NCBI GenBank assembly: GCA_963726195.1
Contig: CAVSBO010000018.1
Coordinates: 55,894-119,893, forward strand
Length of the DNA stretch: 64,000 nt
DNA from: Candidatus Thorarchaeota archaeon
GTDB lineage: Archaea; Asgardarchaeota; Thorarchaeia; Thorarchaeales; Thorarchaeaceae
Reading direction: 5' to 3'
Part shown: in pieces, positions 10,771 through 20,408 of the stretch
Position numbering within the stretch: position 1 is the stretch's first letter
Layout of the letters: every line of letters begins with the position of its first letter
The notes under the pieces: generated by a model
Told to the model about the DNA's origin: nothing
Databases searched by the model: none
The model's input: only the letters and a program-made list of their open reading frames with translations
Made by a program: the position numbers and the translations under genes

Positions 10771-12489
10771 CTACAGAGGCAATGTTGCCGCCACAATCCA
10801 TGCAAACAGCATGGCATTGAGCATGGCTCCTAGGTAGTAATGGTCTGTTACCCTGTATCCCCAAGCAGTGATGACTGTGCTCACTGCGAAATAGGGCACG
10901 AATGCATAGAAGAAGAGGAGCGAGAAGCCCAGCAGAGTAGGGAAGAGCGGCCTTCCAGTAGCCAAGCCCACACCGTAGTCAATTGCTACCACGGCAAAAT
11001 AGAGTATGCACTTGATGAACATCGACTTCAGTGTCCACTTGGTCTGCGTGATTTTCCAGCTCTCCTCGGACCTAGTTCTCAGAATGCCCATCAACCACAT
11101 TCCATCAATCAGGAAGTAGATGAAGAACACGACACAGAACAGCGGGAATATCAAAGCGCGTGTTGGTGTGAGCAGGTTCAACCCGGGCATGAAACACCTG
11201 AAGTCGAGTGCCATGCCGAGGTCGACGAGTGCTGTCCAGGCGTAAAGCCATGCAATTACCCCCAAAGCCACCAAGAGGGTCCTGAGAAACCTGCGAATCG
11301 GTTTTTCGGCGCCATCGCCGATGCTAACCAAGCTGTCGATCGTGACACCGTTTTTGGGGCGAGCACGAAGAAGAGCATAGAGAACAAGCAGTGCAATCAA
11401 TGCGCTACCGAGGTTCCATAGACTGACAGCCAGTCCATAGTGCCCTGGAGAGGGAAGCACGTACTCGAGGACCGAACCAATCCCCAACAGAGGAAAGAAC
11501 GTTCCGAGGCCAATTGCTCCATAGATGAGTCCTAACCCCAAGTATGACTTGTTATTTGCCGCATACTCAGAGCTCGGTCTTTGCTTCAAGACTCTGAACA
11601 CTGGTATGTCGATGAGTATCGCGAGGACAGGGAAAATCGAAAGCAGGACCCCAAAAAGACCTACGAAGCCACCGAAGAGCCAGTATGGGTAGATCAGGTC
11701 GGTGCTTGGCAGCCAGTGCGAGTCCTCTACTCCTCCCTTTAGACTTTCTTTCATCCACTCAACACTTTCGCTTATGATTGAGGGGTATATGGTCTCCAAG
11801 AGGTGGTTCGTGGGAGCAATTACAATCTTGCGAGCCGTTCCAGTGCTGAAGCTACCATATGTAATGCCGGCTTGGACGTTTGTAACTCCAAATGCAGTAT
11901 CTAGCAAAGTGAGATTCCCGGGGTAGGAAGATAGAGAATCGAACTGACCAACCTCAACAAGTAAGTTGTGCGGATAGGTTGCGTTCGCAGTGGCGACCCA
12001 ACTACCAACTAACACGAACGCATTCACAGTTATTCCCGAGGTTTGGATTGCTTCCCATGCGATTCCACCGCCCATGCTGTGTCCTATGATGCCGAGGTCG
12101 GACGAGTTGACGTAGTCCAGAGTGGTCAAATACTTGAGTGCAGCGGCGCCCGAACCGCTGCCAGCATCGGAATCGCCATGACCATTAGCGTCGATGGTCA
12201 ACACAACGAATCCGCGTCGGGTCAATTCGATTCCAAAAGCCATCAACCATTCCTTGCTCTGCATTATACCATGAATGACAACGACCCCGGGTAGCGGGTT
12301 TGAAGTCGTAGCGTACAATGGTCTCTGAAGGGTTGCATGAATGTTGGAACCGTCAGCCGCTCTGAAATCAACTTCAGACACGGCGACTCTACCAAATCCT
12401 CCTTGGACTACCGAGGCAGTTCCTGTGCCAGCCAGAATTAGCACAATACTCAGTATGAGAATCAGATACCTTGGGCGGAGAAGCCGCAT
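10771..12489 (-). CDS. Membrane-anchored alpha/beta hydrolase with C-terminal multi-TM domain
   Basis: N-terminal signal/TM, HG oxyanion motif, GHSMGG nucleophile elbow, ~8 TM helices. Confidence 0.85.
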   Translation of the reverse strand: MRLLRPRYLILILSIVLILAGTGTASVVQGGFGRVAVSEVDFRAADGSNIHATLQRPLYATTSNPLPGVVVIHGIMQSKEWLMAFGIELTRRGFVVLTIDANGHGDSDAGSGSGAAALKYLTTLDYVNSSDLGIIGHSMGGGIAWEAIQTSGITVNAFVLVGSWVATANATYPHNLLVEVGQFDSLSSYPGNLTLLDTAFGVTNVQAGITYGSFSTGTARKIVIAPTNHLLETIYPSIISESVEWMKESLKGGVEDSHWLPSTDLIYPYWLFGGFVGLFGVLLSIFPVLAILIDIPVFRVLKQRPSSEYAANNKSYLGLGLIYGAIGLGTFFPLLGIGSVLEYVLPSPGHYGLAVSLWNLGSALIALLVLYALLRARPKNGVTIDSLVSIGDGAEKPIRRFLRTLLVALGVIAWLYAWTALVDLGMALDFRCFMPGLNLLTPTRALIFPLFCVVFFIYFLIDGMWLMGILRTRSEESWKITQTKWTLKSMFIKCILYFAVVAIDYGVGLATGRPLFPTLLGFSLLFFYAFVPYFAVSTVITAWGYRVTDHYYLGAMLNAMLFAWIVAATLPL

Positions 12490-12600
12490 TCGGATTGTTC
12501 CTCCTAAGTGAAATCCTGCTCCTGTGAATAGCTCCCTTTATGTCATACGGAACTCGGAGAGATTACGTCTTATCACGAACTAGCAAGGAGATGCACGGCG

Positions 12601-13239
12601 ATGCCCGACTGGGAATCAATCTTTGCTGAGCAAGGCAAGGTCTTTACAGAGCCTCACAAGGACATGCCTAGAATCTCTCAGACCTTCAGCGATCGAGGGG
12701 TTCAGAAGATTCTCGATGTTGGCTGCGGTACTGGGCGTCATCTCGTGTTTCTTTCCAAGCTTGGATTCAAGATGTACGGGTTCGATGCATCGCCAAGGGC
12801 ACTGGCCATGGCCCGGAAGTGGTTGTCAGAGAGCGGTCTCGAAGCAGACCTCAAGTTACACAAGATGGAGGAACCCTTTCCTTACACTGATGGTTTCTTT
12901 GACGCAGTCATAGCGATACACGTTATACACCACAATCTGGTCCGCGACATTCTGAAGACAATACATGAGATTGAGAGAATCCTCAGGCCTTGGGGTTTGA
13001 TATTCATCAGCGTGCCAACTGATGGTTCTTCCAAGCAAGGTGACTGGGACCTTCAAATGGTTGAGAAAGGTACCTACATACCCCGCAAGGGCCGAGAGTC
13101 CGGTGTGCTGCATCATTATTTCACAGAGCAAGAAATCTACAGCATGTTTGATTCTTTCGACATTCTTGAGATGTACATAGATGACACAGGGCACAGGTGC
13201 TTTCTCGGGACGAAAAAGAAAAGCCGTAGAAGACAATGA
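12601..13239 (+). CDS. Class I SAM-dependent methyltransferase
   Basis: ILDVGCGTGRH motif I; FDAVIA. Confidence 0.9.
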   Translation: MPDWESIFAEQGKVFTEPHKDMPRISQTFSDRGVQKILDVGCGTGRHLVFLSKLGFKMYGFDASPRALAMARKWLSESGLEADLKLHKMEEPFPYTDGFFDAVIAIHVIHHNLVRDILKTIHEIERILRPWGLIFISVPTDGSSKQGDWDLQMVEKGTYIPRKGRESGVLHHYFTEQEIYSMFDSFDILEMYIDDTGHRCFLGTKKKSRRRQ

Positions 13240-13308
13240 CTTGCGAGGAACATCTTCAGAGCCGAGAAACCTCCTGTGACAGTAGGAAGCCACCGAACGT
13301 TAAGGCTG

Positions 13309-14490
13309 TTACAGCCCAAATATGGGAAAGACCAGCTTCTTGACGGTCTCTATGGTCTCTCCTACTGCTCGGTGGACGTTCTGACGATGCTCTGCATCTG
13401 TGCACATCGGTCTGTCAGTCCATCCTGTTCTTGCAACATCAAGACCGTGTCTGTGACACAGTTCAATCCAGCTTGCTGGCAGTGTTGGCGGTAGCGGTAT
13501 CTCTGCGAGGTCAGCTAGTATCATCGTCCAGATCTTGGCGGTAGCAACCGGGTCGTATCCACCGCCTCCTACGACCACCAGCTTTCTGCCGCCAAGATGT
13601 ACTTGTTCTCTGACAGTCTTGGAGAGTCGCTGATAGGTATCAAGCGTGAGCATTAGGTCAGTGAGTGGGTCCTTTTCGTGCGCATCACCCCCGACTTCCC
13701 AGAAAACGAAATCAGGCCTGTAGGCTTTCCAAATCGGGGGGACCAATTCCTCAAAGGCCCTCCAATACTCGACATCGTCTGTCAGGGGCGGCAAGGGGAT
13801 GTTCACAGAGTAGCCCTTTCCTTCTCCCTCGCCGATTTCTTCAGCTTGTCCTGTGCCGGGGAAGAAGCCCATGCTGTATTCGTGGGTTGATATAGTCAGA
13901 ACATTAGGGTCTGAGTAGAATGCCTGCTGAGTTCCGTCACTGTGATGCGCATCAGTGTCCAGATACAGGACTTTCTTGTTTGGGTAGGCTCTCCTGTACT
14001 TCCTTATTGCAATGGCACAGTCATTGTAGTAACAGAAGCCTGCCGCCATGCTTGGCATTGCATGATGGAATCCACCAAAGAACGAAATCGCGTTCCTGAA
14101 CAGTCCTTCAGCCACTCCTGTCACTGCATCGATTGTTGCGCCGACGGGATAGCTTGCATACTTGTCGACGTCCGGGAAAATCGGGCAATCATCCGTGTCC
14201 AAGCCAAAGCGAGAGGAAAAGGCAGAGCCCATGTTTCCGAACAGTTCGAGTGTTTCGATATACGACGAGTCATGATAGAGTCTGAGTTCCTCCCTAGATG
14301 CAAGTCGCATAGGCTGCAACGAAATATGTTGGTTGTTGAGCAGGCCCAACGTAACGGGGAGTCCCCACGTTATGTCCAGTCTGGCCCTGTTCCAAAAGGC
14401 GTTAGGTTCGGTCCTCAGTCTGTCGAGCTGGTCAACTCCTCCAAGTCTCAAGAGCGCCTGAGGGTCAAATAGGGCAGTCAACTCGGACAT
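13309..14490 (-). CDS. acuC: Zn-dependent deacetylase, AcuC/class I HDAC family
   Basis: GGFHHA, GFCYYND, DTDAHHSDG, FFPGTG, GGGGY. Confidence 0.85.
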   Translation of the reverse strand: MSELTALFDPQALLRLGGVDQLDRLRTEPNAFWNRARLDITWGLPVTLGLLNNQHISLQPMRLASREELRLYHDSSYIETLELFGNMGSAFSSRFGLDTDDCPIFPDVDKYASYPVGATIDAVTGVAEGLFRNAISFFGGFHHAMPSMAAGFCYYNDCAIAIRKYRRAYPNKKVLYLDTDAHHSDGTQQAFYSDPNVLTISTHEYSMGFFPGTGQAEEIGEGEGKGYSVNIPLPPLTDDVEYWRAFEELVPPIWKAYRPDFVFWEVGGDAHEKDPLTDLMLTLDTYQRLSKTVREQVHLGGRKLVVVGGGGYDPVATAKIWTMILADLAEIPLPPTLPASWIELCHRHGLDVARTGWTDRPMCTDAEHRQNVHRAVGETIETVKKLVFPIFGL

Positions 14491-14679
14491 CTGGTGTCCT
14501 CCTTTTCTATAGGGACCGGGTTCCACAGATTTCCCGATGCTCTTATTCTTGGCGTCTAGGCCTTTGAGAGGGCCTATACGGTATCCATTGAATAGCCCAT
14601 TCTCTTCGCATTGGCCTCGCGCATCTGCGGTTCGAGATTCGAAAGCCTCATTATTGTCGATGTGGTTTCGATTAGGCAG

Positions 14680-15708
14680 ATGTCACGATTTGAGCTTGTC
14701 AAGCAGACTCTTCTAGGGAACATCGGCGATAGCATACCGATCTCCGTCTGGAAACACCATCCTGAGATTGACCGCACTTCAGAGGGGCTTGCAGAAGCCG
14801 AGATAGCACTGCACAGAATGTTCGACCATGATATAATCAAGATATCCTTCCATGGTTGTTACCCGGCCGTGGACTGGGGCTGCGTACCAGTTTATGATGG
14901 GGCGGTCTCGGGATCTACCAAATGCGCGAGCTGCGTTGTCTGTTCATTGGCTGACTGGGAGACACTTGAACCGTTGGACGTTAATGCTGGCGAGTTTGGC
15001 AGGCAGGTCCGTGCAGTACAACTCGTGCACGAATATGCGCAAAGTCTTGTGCCCACCATGGCCACTGTGTTTGATCCGCCAATGGTAGCAGACATACTCT
15101 GCGACGGAAGGCTCAAGGAGTATATGGACAAGAATCCGGACATTGTGAAAGGTGCGCTCGAACTGATAACGAACGTGATGGTTGATTTTGCTCGGGCTGC
15201 ACTTGACGCGGGCTCAGACGGTATTTTTCTGGCCTCACAGCATGCAACCTATGAATCCGTATCTGACAAACAGTACGAGGAATTCGTCCTTCCATATGAC
15301 CTGAAGGTGTTGTCCAGACTGAGACGCAAAGCCGGGTTCGTTCTCATGCATCTTCATTCCGGAGACGATGACAAGCGAATTCGATTCGAGAAGATTTCGC
15401 GAATAGCTGCTCTGGATGGCTTGAACTGGGCAGATCAGAGCGTGGCTCCAACGTTGAAACAGATGAAGGACCAGACAAGAATGGCTGTCTTCGGTGGAAT
15501 TGACCATAATGGCGTATTGAGGACCGGGACTGCTGATGAAGTGAAGGAAGAGGTCTTGGAAGCAATACGAGCTGCCGGTCTTGAGCGGCTGGTCGTTGCG
15601 CCGGGCTGCGTAATTCCTATTGACGCACCCGAGGAAAACATTCATGCTGTAGTCGATGCAACGAGGTCCATAGTTCCTTGGGACAAAGAGTGGGAGGCCT
15701 ACAGATGA
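14680..15708 (+). CDS. Uroporphyrinogen decarboxylase/MtaA-family protein
   Basis: AGSDGIF, FGGID, APGCVIP; URO-D fold features. Confidence 0.85.
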   Translation: MSRFELVKQTLLGNIGDSIPISVWKHHPEIDRTSEGLAEAEIALHRMFDHDIIKISFHGCYPAVDWGCVPVYDGAVSGSTKCASCVVCSLADWETLEPLDVNAGEFGRQVRAVQLVHEYAQSLVPTMATVFDPPMVADILCDGRLKEYMDKNPDIVKGALELITNVMVDFARAALDAGSDGIFLASQHATYESVSDKQYEEFVLPYDLKVLSRLRRKAGFVLMHLHSGDDDKRIRFEKISRIAALDGLNWADQSVAPTLKQMKDQTRMAVFGGIDHNGVLRTGTADEVKEEVLEAIRAAGLERLVVAPGCVIPIDAPEENIHAVVDATRSIVPWDKEWEAYR

Positions 15709-17419
15709 AGAACAACGAGGTTGTACAGGTACTCAACGAGATGGCAGTCCTTCTTGAAATACAAGGGAAGGACAAGTTCAAGCCGAAGGCATACAGCAGG
15801 GCTGCACGTTCTATATCCTCTCTTGGTGAGGATATCGAGGCCATAGCCGCACGTGGCGAACTAACGGGAATTCCGGGAGTTGGCAAGTCGCTGGCAGACA
15901 AAATCGATGCTTATCTCAAGACGGGCTCGATTGCCCAACTCGAGCAGTTGCGAAAGGAAATCCCTGTGAAAGTGAAGGAACTCGACGCTATTCCCGGTGT
16001 CGGCCCGATGACGATGAAACTGCTTTTTGAGAGCATCGGCATAACAGACCTCGAGTCTCTGGAGAAGGCCGTCAAGGAGGGACAGCTTACGGGCTTGAAA
16101 GGCATTGGACAAAAGACGGTCGACCAGATAGACTCAGGGCATCCAGCTTGCGCGTGCTGGTCTTGGCCGAACCCTCTTAGCGAATGCCTTTCCTATTATT
16201 GAGAGTATTGAGAGTTCGTTGAGACGGGTCCGGGGCGTGCGGCGAAATCACAATTACAGGCTCATTTCGTCGTAGGAAGGAGACCATTGGTGACATTGAC
16301 GTACTGGTCGAGGCAGATGATGCAGAGCAGTTGATGGACTCATTCGTTCGTTTTGAGGGTGTTGCCGATGTTCTTACTCATGGACCAACCAAGTCCTCTG
16401 TGCGTCTCACCAGCGGCATTCAGGTTGACGTTCGTGTGCTTCCGCCAGATAGCTACGGAGCTGGTCTTCAGTACTTCACTGGTAGCATTGACCACAATGT
16501 GCATGTGAGGACGATTGCCCAGAAGCAAGGTCTCAGACTCAGCGAGTACGGTCTCTACAGAGGGGACGAGCAAATCGCGGGCAAGGAGGAGGAAGGCATC
16601 TATAGAGCATTAGGTCTGGACTATATCGAGCCGGAACTCAGGGAAGACAAAGGTGAGATTGAGGCAGCACAGCACCACCAACTTCCTGATTTGGTGTCGT
16701 TAGGGCAAATACGGGGTGACCTGCACACTCATACTGACAAATCAGATGGTGCCAACTCGATTGAAGAGATGCTGGAGGCCGCATCCGCAAAGTCATACGA
16801 ATACTTCTGCATATCAGACCACACAAAGAGCCTGACCATAGCCGGCGGCATGACAGAGGAACAGATACTTGCTTCAATTAACGAGATTGATGAGATCAAC
16901 TCGTCAGGCAAATGGAAGATGAGAGCCCTAAAGGGTGCCGAGGTGGATATACTTCCCAATGGAGACCTCGACATTAGCGACGAAGTGCTTCGACAGCTGG
17001 ACATTGTGACGGCATCCGTTCACTCAAAGATGAAGGATACCAAGGAAGCAATCACTGATCGGGTCTGTGCAGCAATTCAGAATAGGCACGTGGACATCTT
17101 GGGTCATCCTACTGGCCGGCTCCTGTTGAAACGTTCAGAGTACGAGGTGGATCTTGAGAGGATATTCGAAACTGCGCGCACTGGGGGTGTCGTTATGGAG
17201 CTTAACAGTCATCCAGAAAGGCTTGACCTCAATGATGGGAATCTCAGAGCAGCTAAGCGGTATGGATTGAAGATTGCGATAAACACAGATGCTCATCGTA
17301 TAGGAGAGCTTGACAACATGCAGTTCGGTGTGTTCCAAGCGCGGCGGGGGTGGCTTGAAGCCAAGGATGTAATTAACACATACCCACTGAAGGAAATGAT
17401 TAAACTGCTGAGGAAGTAG
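15705..17419 (+). CDS. polX: DNA polymerase X with PHP domain; two apparent frameshifts (~16138, ~16246)
   Basis: HhH GIPGVG, GSFRRRKETIGDID (middle frame), YFTGS, DLHTHT..SDG, NTDAH. Confidence 0.9.
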
Positions 17420-17543
17420 ACGCGCCCATTCGCATTCCTAGATGGCGAGTAAAAAGGCTCTATTTCTGATTTCGTGCCACCTTAGTGCTCGTCTCAGTCA
17501 CGACATGTGACTCTCTCTTGTGACCCTGAGACGTGGCTCCGCA

Positions 17544-17550
17544 TTATATA
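17544..17550 (+). promoter_or_regulatory. TATA box of the microprotein operon
   Basis: TTATATA ~33 nt before ATG 17583; palindrome GTCAC-N5-GTGAC just upstream. Confidence 0.5.
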
Positions 17551-17582
17551 CTGAACCTGAGTGGTGTTGCTTGTGAAATAAC

Positions 17583-17690
17583 ATGGCACACGAAAGCAAT
17601 TCCCGAAACATCTCTGTGACGAAGAACACCAAGTACCAGTCCACCAATGCAGTGGCCTACGGATACCTTACATCAATTCGAATGAGGTGA
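17583..17690 (+). CDS. Microprotein 1 (35 aa, MAHESNSRNISVTKNTKYQSTNAVAYGYLTSIRMR)
   Basis: Follows the TATA box; its stop lies within the SD (GAGGTGA) of the next ORF. Confidence 0.55.
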   Translation: MAHESNSRNISVTKNTKYQSTNAVAYGYLTSIRMR

Positions 17691-17694
17691 AAGA

Positions 17695-17793
17695 ATGGCT
17701 CAGACAAGAATCGCGAACAGAATTCGAAGGCCAGCAGCCCTCAAGGTCCAAATGACAACTGAGGCAATCGCTCAAGCCTACTTCTCTAGGTGA
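17695..17793 (+). CDS. Microprotein 2 (32 aa, MAQTRIANRIRRPAALKVQMTTEAIAQAYFSR)
   Basis: SD GAGGTGA; shares [ST]T.A[VI]A.[GA]Y[LF] with microprotein 1. Confidence 0.6.
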   Translation: MAQTRIANRIRRPAALKVQMTTEAIAQAYFSR

Positions 17794-17799
17794 ACATTG

Positions 17800-17922
17800 A
17801 TGAGCACATCATCGGATGAGCGCTCCCAGACTAATCCCGAGAGTGAACACGTAGTCGACTCGGACTCACCCACTGAGCGTGGGCTTACGCTAGAAGAGGT
17901 GCTCGCGTTGGAGGCGACGTGA
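17800..17922 (+). CDS. Microprotein 3 (40 aa, acidic, ends GLTLEEVLALEAT)
   Basis: SD AGGTGA overlapping the previous stop; followed by a T-rich tract. Confidence 0.55.
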   Translation: MSTSSDERSQTNPESEHVVDSDSPTERGLTLEEVLALEAT

Positions 17923-18012
17923 GCCCCCTCCTGTTTTCATTTTGAATCGCAATCTATACTGAGTGTCTTTGCCTGGGGGACCCAGACATTCATCATCATC
18001 CAAAAGAATGAA

Positions 18013-18128
18013 TGGTGCCGAGGGCGAGACTCGAACTCGCGTACTCCTACGAGAAAGGATTTCTCATCCGAAGCTTGACCAATGATCTTGAGTCCTTCGC
18101 CGTTGGCCTAGCTTGGCTACCTCGGCAC
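18013..18128 (-). tRNA. tRNA-Leu(CAA) with a 26-nt canonical 37/38 intron (18061-18086); CCA encoded
   Basis: Reverse complement folds as GTGCCGA acceptor stem, AAGGA-CT-CAA-G[intron]A-TCCTT, long variable arm, TTCGAGT T-loop; CTCA/TGAG BHB helix. Confidence 0.95.
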
Positions 18129-18279
18129 ACTGGCTGCAATCTCCCCAGTTGGTATATAGCCGTTTTCCCTTGTAGTTCTAGTTCGACACATCTGAGCGAG
18201 AGAATCCCCTTTCTTAGTCAGGCTTATCAGGAAGATCTCAAACCGTCCATCTTGGATTCCGTGCTTGGAGCCGAAGAGT

Positions 18280-19065
18280 ATGCCATATCTCACGATAGAA
18301 GACTTCTCGATGTTCTATGATGTCTGTGGCAAAGGCAGATCTGTGTTACTGATACACGGCTTAGGATCAGATCATCGTGGCTGGGAGTATCAGGAGAACG
18401 ACTTGAAGAGGCATTTTCAGCTAATAATCCCCGACCTTCGCGGGCACGGGCACTCGAGAGGTGGTATCTCTGACTTTGTTCCGGCGCGGCGGTTCGCAGA
18501 GGATCTAGATGCACTGCTGTCGCACCTGCAACTTGACAAGGCACATGTCATAGGTGAGTCTATGGGCGGTATCATAGCTCTTGAGTTTGTCCTAGATTTC
18601 CCTGAGCACGTTGACAGACTGGTGCTCGTGGATACCACACCCAGAGTAACCGAGGAGACAGCTGATGTTGTTTATAGCTGGCGCGAGGCACAATTGGCTG
18701 GTGGAAATGACGCATTCTTCTGGGCCTCGTTACGAAGCGGCTTCTCGCCTCAGTGGATTGAGAAGAACACAGAAACCGTCCAACACCTCAGACAGAAAGC
18801 CCAAAGTGTGAATGCAGAAGGAGTTGTCGCTGCTGGTCTCGGTCTTGCGACAGCCGACGTAACTGAGCGTCTTTCCGAAATCACTGCACCTACGCTCGTT
18901 ATTCACGGTGATTCTGACAGAATAATCAACATTGAGATGGGGCGGCTCATCAACAAGGGCATAGGGAATTCAAGGCTAAAGGTTCTCAAGGGGTGTGGCC
19001 ATTCCCCGACCGTACAAAAAGCCGAGGAACTCAATCGTCTTCTCATTTCGTTCCTCAGGAGTTGA
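18280..19065 (+). CDS. Alpha/beta hydrolase
   Basis: HGLG, DLRGHG, GESMGG, GH catalytic His. Confidence 0.9.
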   Translation: MPYLTIEDFSMFYDVCGKGRSVLLIHGLGSDHRGWEYQENDLKRHFQLIIPDLRGHGHSRGGISDFVPARRFAEDLDALLSHLQLDKAHVIGESMGGIIALEFVLDFPEHVDRLVLVDTTPRVTEETADVVYSWREAQLAGGNDAFFWASLRSGFSPQWIEKNTETVQHLRQKAQSVNAEGVVAAGLGLATADVTERLSEITAPTLVIHGDSDRIINIEMGRLINKGIGNSRLKVLKGCGHSPTVQKAEELNRLLISFLRS

Positions 19066-19105
19066 ATATCTCGGACGGAAATTGGGAATGTCGTTCTGTG
19101 AGAAT

Positions 19106-19435
19106 CTAGGATGTACTCTTAGACTTCTCTTCTAGGAAGGGTCTAATCTCTTTATAGAAGTCGGCAATGATTTTGTTCTTGGTGTCCTCCGTTTCCAAAA
19201 TGAAGAGACGAATCTGCTGACCGACCCTTATCTCCTTAACGAAGCCAATGTCAACGAGAGGCTGCATGACCCTGTGTATTGTCGAGTGAGCTAAGCCAGT
19301 GTCTTTGGCTATTCTGCTCAAGTTGAAGAACTCTTTCGGCCTGTCGAGAAAATGTTGAACCACTCTTGTCTGGGCGCGTGATGCGAAGATTCTCTCAAGC
19401 AGCTTGTGCAACTTCTTTGCCCTCCCTGGATTCAC
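19106..19435 (-). CDS. Winged-helix DNA-binding protein
   Basis: NLSRIAKDTGLAHSTIHRVM HTH; coupled to pyrH. Confidence 0.8.
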   Translation of the reverse strand: MNPGRAKKLHKLLERIFASRAQTRVVQHFLDRPKEFFNLSRIAKDTGLAHSTIHRVMQPLVDIGFVKEIRVGQQIRLFILETEDTKNKIIADFYKEIRPFLEEKSKSTS

Positions 19436-20127
19436 TACTTCGATGTGGGCACTATGGTGCTCCCGACCCTCTTGCCTTTGAAGAGTCGAAGAAGGTTATC
19501 GGGGTCTGTGCCGTCGAATATCACTGTCTCAATTTTAGAGCGTTCTACGACTCCGATTGCTACTGGATCAAACAGTTCGTATTCACCAGCCCGTGTTCCG
19601 CTTCCAGCGAGTATGGCCCGCAGCTGAGCAACACTGAGCGTATCCAGTTTCTTTGCGCCGGGTTGGCCGGGGTCACGGTCATAGACTCCATCAACGTTTG
19701 TAGCGTTCAGGAGTCTGTCAGCATGCACCAACTCTGCTGCAAGAGCTGCAGCAGCGTTTGTAGACTGCCCCGGAAGTAGCCCGCCCATCAGCACAACCCT
19801 GTCAAAACAGTTTGCTGTCTCGAGTTCATCTAGGCTCTCGACAACCTTGGGGTACGCCGTGTCTCCTAGTGCGGCGATGAGTAATTCCGCATTGTGTCGG
19901 GCCATTTTGATTCCAAACCAATCGCATTGGGCTTCACTTGCGCCGAGCTCCCGGGCAGCGCTGATGAAGGCCCTTGCAGGCTTTCCACCGCCGATAACTA
20001 TGATAAGTTGGTGACCGTCCTTTACGAGACTCTTCACTGCTCCGGCATATTTTTTGATTCTTTCAGTCAGTATGTTGCCTTTGTCATCATAAAGGAGTGA
20101 GCCTCCAATCTTCAGGACTGTGCGCAT
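19435..20127 (-). CDS. pyrH: UMP kinase (archaeal)
   Basis: LKIGGS, GGG..AR, PGQSTNA, TNVDGVYDRDP. Confidence 0.95.
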   Translation of the reverse strand: MRTVLKIGGSLLYDDKGNILTERIKKYAGAVKSLVKDGHQLIIVIGGGKPARAFISAARELGASEAQCDWFGIKMARHNAELLIAALGDTAYPKVVESLDELETANCFDRVVLMGGLLPGQSTNAAAALAAELVHADRLLNATNVDGVYDRDPGQPGAKKLDTLSVAQLRAILAGSGTRAGEYELFDPVAIGVVERSKIETVIFDGTDPDNLLRLFKGKRVGSTIVPTSK

Positions 20128-20408
20128 GGTGCGTCCCTACCGGGTAGTGCATTTCTGACTTCTTGGTGTCACCTAAAGAAGATTTCTTGAATGGAACGCT
20201 TGGCCGATATTTCGACCGAACGCTTTTCATCGCTATTCAGGTCAGGCACCGGTTGACTTACCCGAAAATTGACAGAGATCTACTGTGTGACGGGCAAACT
20301 TGCTCGATGGACAAGCGACGTTGCCCACAAGCCTTTTAGCACCACGGCAATCTGCGCCTTGAACGCGGTCCCAGTCAGGTCCCCACGCATGCCGAGAGGC
20401 TTGGTTCA

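Noticed and set aside
18012-18320. 102-aa ORF MVPRARLELA...
   Set aside because: It is the antisense reading of tRNA-Leu.
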